Source of the DNA: an uncultured virus (IMG/VR IMGVR_UViG_2882072473_000006)
Lineage: Duplodnaviria; Heunggongvirae; Uroviricota; Caudoviricetes
Length of the DNA: 64,000 nucleotides
Strand: one strand, 5' to 3'
IMG/VR virus record: IMGVR_UViG_2882072473_000006
This document shows, in pieces, positions 54,926 through 64,000 of this stretch. The stretch's first letter is position 1. The number at the start of each line of letters is the position of its first letter. The notes under the pieces are model-generated. The model searched no databases and had not been told where the DNA came from. It was given only the letters and a program-made list of their open reading frames with translations. The position numbers and the translations under genes are program-made.

Positions 54926-55807
54926 ATGGGTCCTTACGACAAACCTTTTTCTCCCCAAGAATACCTGATGCACTACGGCGTCAAGGGTATGAAATGGGGC
55001 GTACGTCGTTACCAGAACAAGGATGGTACATTGACAAAAGCCGGAAAAGAACGGTATAGTCAGAACCAGCAGGACGGGGTTGATTCTTTTCTGAAGAGTG
55101 TGGGTTCCAAAAAGGTTTCCGAATTGACCGGTTCTGTAAATGAAGATCTCGCAATCCAGGCGGTTACATATGTTTCCGCATTTGCCGCTGTTCTCGCCGT
55201 GAAAGCGGTACAAAACCGAATGCTGCGGAAAGGCCGGATGAAAGAGCTGGATAGGCTCAACCGGGAGAAGGATATTAAAGACTTTGACGAGTGCCCCCGC
55301 CTCCCCCGGAAGATGAAAGCGGAAGAGAGCGTCAAAGTAACCAATCCGGATTATCCTGATTTGGGCACCACCATGAATTGCACCTTCTGCACAACCGCCA
55401 TGGCCCTTCGAGAGAAGGGATATGACGTGCAGGCGACAAAAGTCAGTGATGGATTCTTTTCTGATGACTTTTTCAAAGCCACTTTCAATTCCCCTGAGGT
55501 CAAAATGGGAAGGAAAAAGTCGGGGCAAGCCGTTCTCGATACGCTTTCGCAGACCGGCGACGGGTCCTATGGCAATCTGACCGTGGCTTGGAAACTCGGG
55601 GGTAAGCATAGTCTTTTCTGGAAGAATGAGGGCGGCAGAACTCGAATCTATGACGGTCAGAGCGGAGAAGAGATTACTCAATCTCCGTCGAAAACCAGAT
55701 CGTTCATGGACTTTGTCAATCTGAAAACCATCACATATAACCGCCTTGATAATTGCGAGCCAACCACCTATGCCTTGGCCGCGGTTGAACGACCTAAAAA
55801 GATGTAA
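54926..55807 (+). CDS. HYG-tagged protein with papain-fold (Tox-PL/deamidase-like) toxin domain
   Basis: Tag plus NCTFC...R.KGYDV.A...GGKH......G.T.IYDGQ (C-H-D triad). Confidence 0.72.
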   Translation: MGPYDKPFSPQEYLMHYGVKGMKWGVRRYQNKDGTLTKAGKERYSQNQQDGVDSFLKSVGSKKVSELTGSVNEDLAIQAVTYVSAFAAVLAVKAVQNRMLRKGRMKELDRLNREKDIKDFDECPRLPRKMKAEESVKVTNPDYPDLGTTMNCTFCTTAMALREKGYDVQATKVSDGFFSDDFFKATFNSPEVKMGRKKSGQAVLDTLSQTGDGSYGNLTVAWKLGGKHSLFWKNEGGRTRIYDGQSGEEITQSPSKTRSFMDFVNLKTITYNRLDNCEPTTYALAAVERPKKM

Positions 55808-55822
55808 AGAGGGAGGATAAAC

Positions 55823-56041
55823 ATGACCGTAAAGGAAGCCATTGTTATTTTCGCAAAGCAGTTCCCCGATAAGGCGGTTGTCGGGTATTGGGACAAGCCG
55901 AATGGCATCGTTCTTAACACCCAGTCTATCACAGCGGGACTGACAGCCCCTGCCCAGTATCTCGTCACAGACGATGGACAGATTTATGGGACCAACCCCA
56001 TGAGAAGCAACCTCAGTCCTGGAGACATGAAGAAACTGTAA
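55823..56041 (+). CDS. Small protein, putative immunity protein
   Basis: GGAGG RBS; directly after the toxin-like gene; terminator follows. Confidence 0.65.
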   Translation: MTVKEAIVIFAKQFPDKAVVGYWDKPNGIVLNTQSITAGLTAPAQYLVTDDGQIYGTNPMRSNLSPGDMKKL

Positions 56042-56156
56042 TCCCATGGACCATGCCGCAGACTCTTAACCGGGTCTGCGGATTTTTTTATGCCCAAAAT
56101 TCAACACACAGAGCAACGACATAATTTCATCAAGCGCGGACTGGAGGTGAGAGATT

Positions 56157-57404
56157 ATGGAAATTGCATTTGGTTCCAGGCTGAAACATGCCTGGAACGC
56201 TTTTTTGGGTAACGAAACCTTTGGGTTCCGATACCCGCTTGGCCCAAGCTCCTCCTACCGTCCGGACCGGCCCATTTTCAGCCGGGGCAATGAGCGGTCC
56301 ATCATCACATCGGTCTACAACCGGATCGCGCTGGACGCGTCCTCCATCGCCATCCAGCACGCGAGGCTGGATGAGGACGGGCGGTTTACCGAGGTGATCG
56401 ACTCCTCGCTGAATTCCTGCTTGTCCCTGGAGGCGAATCTGGACCAGACCGGACGGGCCTTTATCCAGGACGTGGTCATGTCCATGCTGGACGAGGGCTG
56501 CGTGGCCATCGTGCCCACGGACACCGATATCGACCCGGAAAACGGCTCCTACAAAATCGAGAAGCTGCGGGTCGGCAAGGTCCTGGAATGGTATCCACAG
56601 CACGTAAAGCTGCGGGTCTATAACGAGCAGCGGGGTGAAAAGCAGGACATCATCCTGCCCAAGAGCACAGTGGCCCTGGTGGAGAACCCGTTCTTCGCAA
56701 TCATGAACGAGCCCAACTCCACCATGCAGCGGCTGATCCGGAAGCTGAACATTCTGGACGCCATCGACGAACAGAGCGGCTCCGGAAAGCTCAATCTGAT
56801 CATCCAGCTCCCCTACGTCATCAAGACGGAAGCGAGACGTCAACAGGCGGAAAAACGCCGTAGAGATATTGAGGAACAGTTGTCCGGCTCCAAGTATGGC
56901 GTCGCTTACACCGACGGCACGGAGCATGTGGTGCAGCTGAACCGGCCCATCGACAACAATCTGATGTCCCAGATTGAATACCTGACGAGTATGCTTTACA
57001 GCCAGTTGGGAATCACCCAGGGGATATTGGACGGCACTGCTGATGACCGGACGAAGCTGAACTACGACAACCGGACCATCGAACCCATCCTGTCCGCCAT
57101 TGTTGACGAAATGAAGAGGAAATTCCTCACCAAAACTGCTCGGTCACAGAAGCAGTCGATCCTGTTCTTCAGAGACCCGTTCAGGCTGGTGCCCATCAAC
57201 GACATCGCCGAAATCGCCGACAAGATGACTCGCAATGAGATCATGACCTCCAACGAGATCCGGCAGAAGATCGGTATGAAGCCGTCGAAGGACCCCAAGG
57301 CGGACGAGCTCCGGAACAGTAACCTAAGCGCCCCGAAAGGGGAGGGCGAACAGCCACCATCTGAATCCGAAGGAGGAAATGTTCAAAATGGATCTGAAGT
57401 TTGA
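56157..57404 (+). CDS. Portal protein
   Basis: Position between terminase and capsid; 415 aa; HK97-like T.NEIR...G C-terminus. Confidence 0.85.
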   Translation: MEIAFGSRLKHAWNAFLGNETFGFRYPLGPSSSYRPDRPIFSRGNERSIITSVYNRIALDASSIAIQHARLDEDGRFTEVIDSSLNSCLSLEANLDQTGRAFIQDVVMSMLDEGCVAIVPTDTDIDPENGSYKIEKLRVGKVLEWYPQHVKLRVYNEQRGEKQDIILPKSTVALVENPFFAIMNEPNSTMQRLIRKLNILDAIDEQSGSGKLNLIIQLPYVIKTEARRQQAEKRRRDIEEQLSGSKYGVAYTDGTEHVVQLNRPIDNNLMSQIEYLTSMLYSQLGITQGILDGTADDRTKLNYDNRTIEPILSAIVDEMKRKFLTKTARSQKQSILFFRDPFRLVPINDIAEIADKMTRNEIMTSNEIRQKIGMKPSKDPKADELRNSNLSAPKGEGEQPPSESEGGNVQNGSEV

Positions 57405-59334
57405 CTTTAGTGGCTGGGCTACCCGAAACGATCTTGTCTGCGCTGATGGGCGAACCATTCGCCACAACGCATTCGAGCATTGCGACGGGAAGACGGTTCC
57501 TCTTGTTTGGAACCACCAGCACAACGAACCCACCAACATCCTGGGCCACGCCCTCTTGGAGAACCGCAAGGACGGCGTCTATGCATACTGCACGTTCAAC
57601 GAGAGTGAGAGCGGCAAAGCGGCCAAGGAGCTGGTGCAGCACGGGGACATTGTGTCCCTCTCCATCTATGCCAATGGGCTCCAGCAGACGCCGAACAAGG
57701 ACGTCATGCACGGCGACATCCGCGAGGTCAGCCTGGTAGTGGCCGGTGCGAATCCCGGCGCCTTCATTGACTTCGTGGACATGGCTCATGGGGAAGGCGG
57801 TGAGCAGGAGATGATCCTGTCCGCTTACGAGCCTATTTCCCTGTACCGTCCCGATGAGAAGCCCCCGCTGATCCACAAGGCCGATACCAAGGAGAAGCCT
57901 GATGACAAGCCCAACGCGGGCGAAGACGGGGACAAACCTAAGGATGGCGATAAGTCCAAGGGCAAAGAGAAGCCCGAGGACGAGGAGACCATCGAGGATG
58001 TTGTCAACACCATGAACGAGAAGCAGAAGAAGGTCATGTACGCTTTGATTGCTGCCGCCGCGGAGCAGGTGAACGACAACGCCGAGGATGACGAGGAAGA
58101 GGACCCCGATGACCCCGACAACAAATCCGACAAATCTAAGGGAGGAAACAAGACCATGAAGCACAATGTGTTCGACACTGAAGACACTCAGGACACCGTT
58201 CTGAGCCACTCCGACTGCGCTGACATTCTTGCTCTGGCCAAGAGCAGCAGCGTGGGTAGCCTTCGGACTGCTCTGAAGATCTACGCTGATCAGAACGAAC
58301 TCAAGCACGGCATCGACAACATCGAGAGCCTGTTCCCCGACTACAAGGATCTGCGCCCCGGCGCTCCTGAGCGGGTCGCTCGTGACCAGGGCTGGGTGAG
58401 CGTTGTCATGCGCAAGGTTCACAAGAGCCCCATCAGCCGCATCCGCACCCGCCAGGCGGACACCCGCAAGGACAGTATCCGGGCCCACGGCTATCAGAAG
58501 GGCAAGCGTAAGCAGCTCTCCGGCAACATGAACGTCATCACCCGGACCACCGATCCCCAGACCGTGTACCGCACCGATGCCCTGCACCGGGACGACATCA
58601 TCGACATCACCGATTTCGATGTGGTGGAGTACCAGTACGCCGTTATGCGGGAGAACATCAATGAAGATGTCGCTACCGCCATCATGGTGGGCGATGGCCG
58701 TGAGCCGGATGATGAGATGAAGATTTCCGAGGATCACATCCGCTCCATTTGGAACGACAACGACCTCTACACCATCCACTACGACGTGGACATCGAGGCC
58801 GCCAAGGCCGAGCTCCAGGGCAGCAAGACCAGCATGAGCTTCGGCGAGAACTATATCTATGCTGAGGCAGTCATCGCCGCCGCCCTCTATGCCCGTGAGA
58901 AGTACAAGGGCACCGGCACCCCCGATTTCTTCTGCACGCCCCATATGGTCAACGTGATGCTGCTGGCCCGGGACATGAACGGCCGCCGCATTTACACCTC
59001 CAAGGCCGACCTGGCCGCCGCCCTGAATGTGGGCGAGCTCTACACTGCCGAGCAGTTTGAGGGTCTGGTGCGCATGGATGACGAGGGCCACAAGCACAAG
59101 CTGCTGGGCATCTTCGTCAACCTGACCGACTACACCGTGGGCTCCACCAAGGGCGGCGAGATCGCCCGGTTCGACCAGTTCGACATCGACTTCAACCAGC
59201 AGAAGTACCTGATCGAGACCCGGCTGTCCGGTGCTCTGACCCGCGTCTACTCCGCCATCGCTCTGGAGGAGCCCGTGGCTGCCTTCGCCTCCGGCGGTAC
59301 TGGCGGCGATGGCGGCGGGGCCGGCACTCCCTGA
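57388..59334 (+). CDS. Prohead protease-major capsid protein fusion
   Basis: N-terminal DFSGWA...VPLVWNH...EVSLV..GANP; acidic linker; capsid-sized C-terminal part. Confidence 0.85.
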   Translation: MDLKFDFSGWATRNDLVCADGRTIRHNAFEHCDGKTVPLVWNHQHNEPTNILGHALLENRKDGVYAYCTFNESESGKAAKELVQHGDIVSLSIYANGLQQTPNKDVMHGDIREVSLVVAGANPGAFIDFVDMAHGEGGEQEMILSAYEPISLYRPDEKPPLIHKADTKEKPDDKPNAGEDGDKPKDGDKSKGKEKPEDEETIEDVVNTMNEKQKKVMYALIAAAAEQVNDNAEDDEEEDPDDPDNKSDKSKGGNKTMKHNVFDTEDTQDTVLSHSDCADILALAKSSSVGSLRTALKIYADQNELKHGIDNIESLFPDYKDLRPGAPERVARDQGWVSVVMRKVHKSPISRIRTRQADTRKDSIRAHGYQKGKRKQLSGNMNVITRTTDPQTVYRTDALHRDDIIDITDFDVVEYQYAVMRENINEDVATAIMVGDGREPDDEMKISEDHIRSIWNDNDLYTIHYDVDIEAAKAELQGSKTSMSFGENYIYAEAVIAAALYAREKYKGTGTPDFFCTPHMVNVMLLARDMNGRRIYTSKADLAAALNVGELYTAEQFEGLVRMDDEGHKHKLLGIFVNLTDYTVGSTKGGEIARFDQFDIDFNQQKYLIETRLSGALTRVYSAIALEEPVAAFASGGTGGDGGGAGTP

Positions 59335-59348
59335 GGAGAAGATTCAAA

Positions 59349-59663
59349 ATGGCGAAATTTTATGGATCGGTAGGCTATGCTGAGACCATTCAGACCGCGC
59401 CTGGCGTGCATGAGGAGCAGATCGTTGAGTATCCGTACTACGGCGATTTGACCCGGAATGCACGCCAGCTTCAGTCTGGGGAGTCGCTCAACGATGACAT
59501 CAATGTCGCGAACGAGATCAGCATAGTCGCCGATCCGTTCGCCAGGGAGAATTTCCACAAAATGCGGTATGTGACGTTCATGGGGGCGAAGTGGAAAATT
59601 TCAAGGGTCGAGGTGGGTTATCCGCGGCTGATCCTGACCATCGGAGGGCTGTACTATGAATAG
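59349..59663 (+). CDS. Head-tail adaptor/closure protein
   Basis: Synteny and size. Confidence 0.7.
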   Translation: MAKFYGSVGYAETIQTAPGVHEEQIVEYPYYGDLTRNARQLQSGESLNDDINVANEISIVADPFARENFHKMRYVTFMGAKWKISRVEVGYPRLILTIGGLYYE

Positions 59664-59961
59664 GCGTTATGAGCTCCAGGCGGTTCTGGAGGGCATTCTC
59701 GGCTCCGGGAATGTGTATTTCCAGCCGCCGGAGAACCTGAAGATGCGGTATGACTGCATCGTCTATGAGCGGAGCGAAATCGAAACTGTCCATGCGGACA
59801 ACGCCCCTTATCGCCTGCTGGACCACTACCAGGTGACGGTCATCTACAAGAACCCGGACAGCGACCTCCCTCACCGCCTCGCCATGCTGCCCATGTGCAC
59901 CCATGACCGCCATTTTACAGCGGACAACCTGAACCACGATATTTTCAACCTGTACTATTAA
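59656..59961 (+). CDS. Tail terminator-like protein
   Basis: NVYFQPP...Y..IVY; synteny. Confidence 0.7.
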   Translation: MNRRYELQAVLEGILGSGNVYFQPPENLKMRYDCIVYERSEIETVHADNAPYRLLDHYQVTVIYKNPDSDLPHRLAMLPMCTHDRHFTADNLNHDIFNLYY

Positions 59962-59976
59962 AGGAGGAAATCCGAA

Positions 59977-61011
59977 ATGAGTAGAATCGTATGGGACAAG
60001 ACCGGTGAGCGTTTTTACGAAACCGGTGTTGATCGCGCTGTCCTTTACCCCATCAGCTCCGCCGGCCTTTACAACAAGGGCGTGCCCTGGAACGGCATCA
60101 CCGGCATCACCGAGAGCCCTTCCGGCGCGGAGCCCAACAACCTCTATGCCGACAACATCAAGTACCTGGTGCTGGTGGGCGCTGAGGACTTCGGCCTGAC
60201 CGTCGAGTGCTACACCTACCCCGATGAGTGGGAGGAGTGCGACGGCTCCGCCGAGATCGCCCCCGGTGTGGTCGCCGGCCAGCAGAACCGCAAGGTCTTC
60301 GGCCTGAGCTACCGCACCAAGCTGGGCAACGATGTGGACGGTCAGGACCACGGCTACAAGCTGCACCTGGTCTACGGCGGCCTGGCCTCTCCCTCTGAGC
60401 GGGGCTATCAGACTGTCAACGACTCCCCCGAGCCCATCAACCCCAGCTGGGAGATCACCACCACTCCCGTGGACGTTCCCGGCTACAAGCCCACTGCCCG
60501 CCTGATCATCACCTCCACCAAGGTCGATCCCGCCAAGCTGAAGGCCCTGGAGGACATCCTGTACGGCACCGAGGATCAGGACGCCCGCCTGCCTCTGCCT
60601 GAGGAGGTCATTCAGCTGCTCAAGCCTTCCGTGGCTGTGACCGCCTCTCCTGAGAGTGCCGACGCCACCCTGTTCGGCAAGAAGGTGTCCGACCTTCAGA
60701 CCAATGTCGCGGTGGGCGCGGACAGCATCACCGGTACGCTGAAGAACGTGACCGGCTACACCGAGTTCAGCAGCAAGCCCGCCGAGCAGTCCGGCCATTA
60801 CCTGGCCCTGAAGTTCGACGTGACTCCGACTGACGCCGTCACCACCGTGGAGCTGGTGGGCGGCACCAAGGGCCCCGTGACCCTGGACGCCGACAAGAAT
60901 ATCGTCCTGCTGATCAAGAACAACACCCAGAGCGTCAAGGTGACCTCCACCAAGGACGGTTCCTCCGTCACCAAGACCTACGCGCTGACCAACCTGACCC
61001 TGGAATCCTAA
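59977..61011 (+). CDS. Major tail protein with C-terminal beta-rich extension
   Basis: WD..GER.YETGVD.....W.G...YAD..KY; synteny. Confidence 0.85.
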   Translation: MSRIVWDKTGERFYETGVDRAVLYPISSAGLYNKGVPWNGITGITESPSGAEPNNLYADNIKYLVLVGAEDFGLTVECYTYPDEWEECDGSAEIAPGVVAGQQNRKVFGLSYRTKLGNDVDGQDHGYKLHLVYGGLASPSERGYQTVNDSPEPINPSWEITTTPVDVPGYKPTARLIITSTKVDPAKLKALEDILYGTEDQDARLPLPEEVIQLLKPSVAVTASPESADATLFGKKVSDLQTNVAVGADSITGTLKNVTGYTEFSSKPAEQSGHYLALKFDVTPTDAVTTVELVGGTKGPVTLDADKNIVLLIKNNTQSVKVTSTKDGSSVTKTYALTNLTLES

Positions 61012-61080
61012 CCACCCCAACCCAAAAGCGGGGCTCTCTTCTGATATGTACCCAGAATTCTGGACACATAAAAAATTGAA

Positions 61081-61899
61081 TTAGGTGCACATGGATGCCT
61101 CTCTGAATTTTGTAGGAGGCATCCATTTTGTTTTCTCTTGGATTCTTTCGTTGTTGTAGTAATTTATGTAGCCGTCAACAGCCTTGGCAAATGTTTCAAA
61201 AGAGGAATACTCTTTTTCATGCCCGTAGAACATCTCGTTTTTCATCCGTCCAAAGAAGGTCTCCATGATGCAATTGTCGTAACAGTTGCCCTTCCTTGAC
61301 ATGGATTGAATGATTTTGTGATCTTTAAGTGCCTGCCTGAAGTACACGTGCTGGTACTGCCACCCTTGATCAGAGTGAAAGATCAGGCCATCTACAGAGG
61401 GAAACTTCGTAAAGGCGCCGGCCAACATTCTCTGGATCTGTTCCATATTGGCACTTTGAGATAAATCATAAGAAATGATTTCGTTTGTGTTCATGTCGAG
61501 TATAGGAGAGAGATAACACTTCCCCCACGAAAAACCGAACTGAGATACATCGGTAGTCCATTTTTGCATAGGAGCTGTCGTGCTGAAATCCCGGTCAAGG
61601 ATATTCTCAGCAACCTTGCCGACCTCGCCCTTGTAGGAATGATACTTTTCCTTTGGGCGCTTTCCTGCCAACCCCATAGTGTGCATAAGCCGTTGTACCC
61701 GCTTATGATTGACCTTGTGGCCGCGCTTTATCAGTTCCTGATATACTCTTCGCACACCGTAGCGGCCTTTATGCTGTGAGAAAATGTCTTTGATTTCATC
61801 TGCCAAGCAATGGTTTCGAACAGCAACTTGATCGGCCTTGCTCAACTCAAAATAATAGGTAGACCGTGCCATCTGCATAGATTTCAACAGATATTTCAA
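61081..61899 (-). CDS. IS3 transposase OrfB (DDE)
   Basis: WTTDV, HSDQGWQY, SRKGNCYDN..ME.FF. Confidence 0.93.
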   Translation of the reverse strand: MKYLLKSMQMARSTYYFELSKADQVAVRNHCLADEIKDIFSQHKGRYGVRRVYQELIKRGHKVNHKRVQRLMHTMGLAGKRPKEKYHSYKGEVGKVAENILDRDFSTTAPMQKWTTDVSQFGFSWGKCYLSPILDMNTNEIISYDLSQSANMEQIQRMLAGAFTKFPSVDGLIFHSDQGWQYQHVYFRQALKDHKIIQSMSRKGNCYDNCIMETFFGRMKNEMFYGHEKEYSSFETFAKAVDGYINYYNNERIQEKTKWMPPTKFREASMCT

Positions 61900-62459
61900 T
61901 TGGTATCCTTTTTCACGCAGCTCTTTGATGATCGCTGCTTTCTCGCCTTGAGTTGCGCTGCGTGCCTCTCTTCTCTCAAGGCGATCTCTTTTTTTATAAC
62001 TTCATTCTCCGCCTTTATATACTCGTTTTCTGCCCGAAGCCGGATCAATTCTTCTCGTTCGGATTCATTCAGTGGCCTTGCTTCTTCCTTTTTCATTTGG
62101 GGTACCCCTTTACTTGGACGACCTTTTTTCATTTCTACCAGGCCATTATACCCCTTTGTTTTATAGTTTTGAACCCATTGATACAATAGTCTATCTTGAA
62201 TACCGGCCTCGATTGCCACTGACACACAGGATTTTCCGGACATTACTTGGGATACTAGTTCCAGCCGTTCTTCTGGTGTCCAGTTCCTGTTGAAATTTTT
62301 GTGTTTCAGTGCTTCTGGACCGCGGCTATCCTCTGCTCTTACCCATAGTCTCACTTTATCCCGAAAGGATTTATCGCTAACACCTTCCGGCGTTTCTGGC
62401 CATTTTCCTTCTCGATACAGTTCTACACATTTCCTTTTGTACTCATATGTGTACCGCAT
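61896..62459 (-). CDS. IS3 OrfA (HTH)
   Basis: HTH repeats and coiled coil ahead of the frameshift site. Confidence 0.85.
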   Translation of the reverse strand: MRYTYEYKRKCVELYREGKWPETPEGVSDKSFRDKVRLWVRAEDSRGPEALKHKNFNRNWTPEERLELVSQVMSGKSCVSVAIEAGIQDRLLYQWVQNYKTKGYNGLVEMKKGRPSKGVPQMKKEEARPLNESEREELIRLRAENEYIKAENEVIKKEIALREERHAAQLKARKQRSSKSCVKKDTN

Positions 62460-62554
62460 AATAATACCCCCTTTACTGGGTGTCCAGTAAAGGGGGTACA
62501 TATCATTCACCGAGGGCTCCGCTTTCTTTTTATTTTTGAAAGGAGAAAACTGCA

Positions 62555-62944
62555 ATGCTGAAGAAAACCATGACTTACGAGGACTACAACGGTGTTCCCC
62601 GCACCGAGGACTTTTACTTCAATCTGACCCCCGCTGAGGTGACGGAGATGGAGCTTTCCGTGGATGGCGGTCTGGTGGAGATGATCAACCGCGTGGTCGC
62701 GGCCCAGGACGGAAAGCAGATCATCAACGTGTTCAAGGACATCATCCTGCGGGCCTATGGCGAAAAGTCCCCCGACGGCAAGCGTTTCGTCAAGAATCAG
62801 GAGATCCGGGACGCCTTCGCCCAGACCAACGCGTACAGCGACCTGTTCATGGAGCTGGCCACCGACGCCAAAGCCGCGGCCGCATTCGTCAACGGCGTCA
62901 TCCAGCAGCCGAAGAAGGCCCCCGCGCCCGCCCCGCAGAACTGA
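62555..62944 (+). CDS. Putative tail assembly chaperone
   Basis: GAAAGGAG RBS; follows the major tail gene once the IS is removed. Confidence 0.72.
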   Translation: MLKKTMTYEDYNGVPRTEDFYFNLTPAEVTEMELSVDGGLVEMINRVVAAQDGKQIINVFKDIILRAYGEKSPDGKRFVKNQEIRDAFAQTNAYSDLFMELATDAKAAAAFVNGVIQQPKKAPAPAPQN

Positions 62945-62964
62945 GTTTGAACAGGGGGCCGGAG

Positions 62965-63507
62965 ATGCTGGAACTTGTGGTGCCTAAATCAGAGCAGTAT
63001 GACGACGACAGCGGCTGCTTTATTACGACCAAGGAACAGACCCTTCGTCTGGAGCACTCTCTGGTCTCCCTTTCAAAATGGGAGGCGAAGTGGCACAAGC
63101 CGTACCTGTCCACCAAGTCGAAGACGGTGGAGGAGCAGATCGACTACGTCCGCTGCATGACCCTGACCCAGAATGTTGACCCCAATGTCTATACCGCCAT
63201 TACACCCCAGCTGCTGGCGGTGGTCAAGGACTACATCGAGGACTCCATGACGGCCACCACCTTCTCGAAGGAACAGAGAGGCCGCCGGGGGAGGGAAATC
63301 GTGACGGCGGAGATCATCTACTACTGGATGATCTCCCACCAAATCCCCTTCGAGTGCCAGAAGTGGCATTTGAACCGGCTGATGACGCTCATCAACGTAT
63401 GCAGCGCCAAGACTGGCCCGCAGAAGAAGATGAGCCAGAAGGATATTTTCGCACAAAACCGCGCCCTGAACGCGGCGCGAAGGAAGAGAGGAAACACAAG
63501 GGGGTGA
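62965..63507 (+). CDS. Tail assembly protein (hypothetical)
   Basis: Synteny; EHSL.SLSKWE..W. Confidence 0.72.
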   Translation: MLELVVPKSEQYDDDSGCFITTKEQTLRLEHSLVSLSKWEAKWHKPYLSTKSKTVEEQIDYVRCMTLTQNVDPNVYTAITPQLLAVVKDYIEDSMTATTFSKEQRGRRGREIVTAEIIYYWMISHQIPFECQKWHLNRLMTLINVCSAKTGPQKKMSQKDIFAQNRALNAARRKRGNTRG

Positions 63508-63511
63508 CGCC

Positions 63512-64000
63512 ATGTATGAAGAACGGATCTGGAGATTCCTGAAGGGGAAGCTGCTTTCCGACTGCGGAGCCGCCGGACTGATGGGAAACCTCTACGCCGA
63601 AAGCGGGCTGAACCCCGTCAATCTCCAGAACACCCATGAGAGGAAGCTGGGGCTCTCGGACAAGGAATACACCCAGCAGGTGGATTTCGGACTTTACGCC
63701 GACTTTGTCCATGACGGAGCGGGTTACGGCCTTGCCCAGTGGACCTTCTGGAGCCGGAAGCAGAACCTGCTGGCCTTTGCCAAAAGCAGGGAGAAGAGCA
63801 TCGGCGATCTGGAGACGCAGCTGGAGTTCCTGTGGAAGGAGCTGACGGAAAGCTACGCCTCCCTGGCGCAGATGCTGATGTCTGCCAGTTCTGTCCGGGC
63901 TGCCTCCGACGCGGTCCTGCTCCAGTTTGAACGCCCGGCCGACCAGAGTGAGACGGCCAAAGCCCGCCGGGCTGCCTACGGGCAGAAGTATTACGACCAA
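63512..64000 (+). CDS. Phage tail-type lysozyme domain protein, partial
   Basis: AAGLMGNL.AES.LNP...GYGLAQWT...RK..L....Q..FL..EL; open at window end. Confidence 0.82.
   Translation, partial: MYEERIWRFLKGKLLSDCGAAGLMGNLYAESGLNPVNLQNTHERKLGLSDKEYTQQVDFGLYADFVHDGAGYGLAQWTFWSRKQNLLAFAKSREKSIGDLETQLEFLWKELTESYASLAQMLMSASSVRAASDAVLLQFERPADQSETAKARRAAYGQKYYDQ

Larger units (their letters stand above)
61042..62505 (-). mobile_element. IS3-family (IS150-like) element, complete
   Basis: Terminal IRs TGATATGTACCC/GGGTACATATCA; 3-bp TSD TTC; orfA/orfB with A7G slippery site at 61988-61995. Confidence 0.93.
2010..64000 (+). mobile_element. Prophage (siphovirus-like), continuing past the right edge
   Basis: Integrase, replication, terminase, portal, capsid and tail genes in coherent order. 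Confidence 0.95.

Noticed and set aside
56135..56161. CGC...TTATGG before the portal gene as a motif copy
   Set aside because: CA and SYW positions do not match, and the ATG is simply the start codon
62900..62970. Programmed frameshift between tail chaperone genes
   Set aside because: No convincing slippery heptamer before the stop at 62944

Overview
Almost the whole window (about 2.0 kb to beyond 64 kb) is one integrated temperate siphovirus-type prophage, probably in a Clostridia/Oscillospiraceae-like host (host is an inference from GC content, SD and sigma-A signals). A partial IS66 and a truncated host gene lie to its left. Gene order: att/tyrosine integrase; an array of small single-gene units (3.6-16 kb); membrane and paralogous genes; a 1382-aa helicase-primase-family B polymerase fusion; SSB; SF2 helicase; accessory enzymes (HD, ADP-ribosylglycohydrolase, ThyX-like, MazG-like, RtcB, HAD); an iteron-rich putative origin; nucleases; a 906-aa protein; then packaging, head and tail genes, with an IS3 inside a tail-operon terminator. 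The main result is what looks like a self-contained phage transcription system. The 906-aa protein carries the ordered motifs of the YonO/eukaryotic-RdRP-type double-psi-barrel RNA polymerases (catalytic DFDGD) plus three HTHs. I also found 21 fixed-spacing copies of a non-sigma70 element, CGC-N7-RCA-N4-SYWTTATG, directly upstream of small genes, of three structured RNAs (one an aberrant tRNA) and of the operon containing the polymerase itself. The polymerase shares an LxH-(H/Y)G tag with five other proteins, two of which look like toxins followed by immunity genes, which suggests a virion cargo system. Family assignments were made by eye from motifs; no searches were run.
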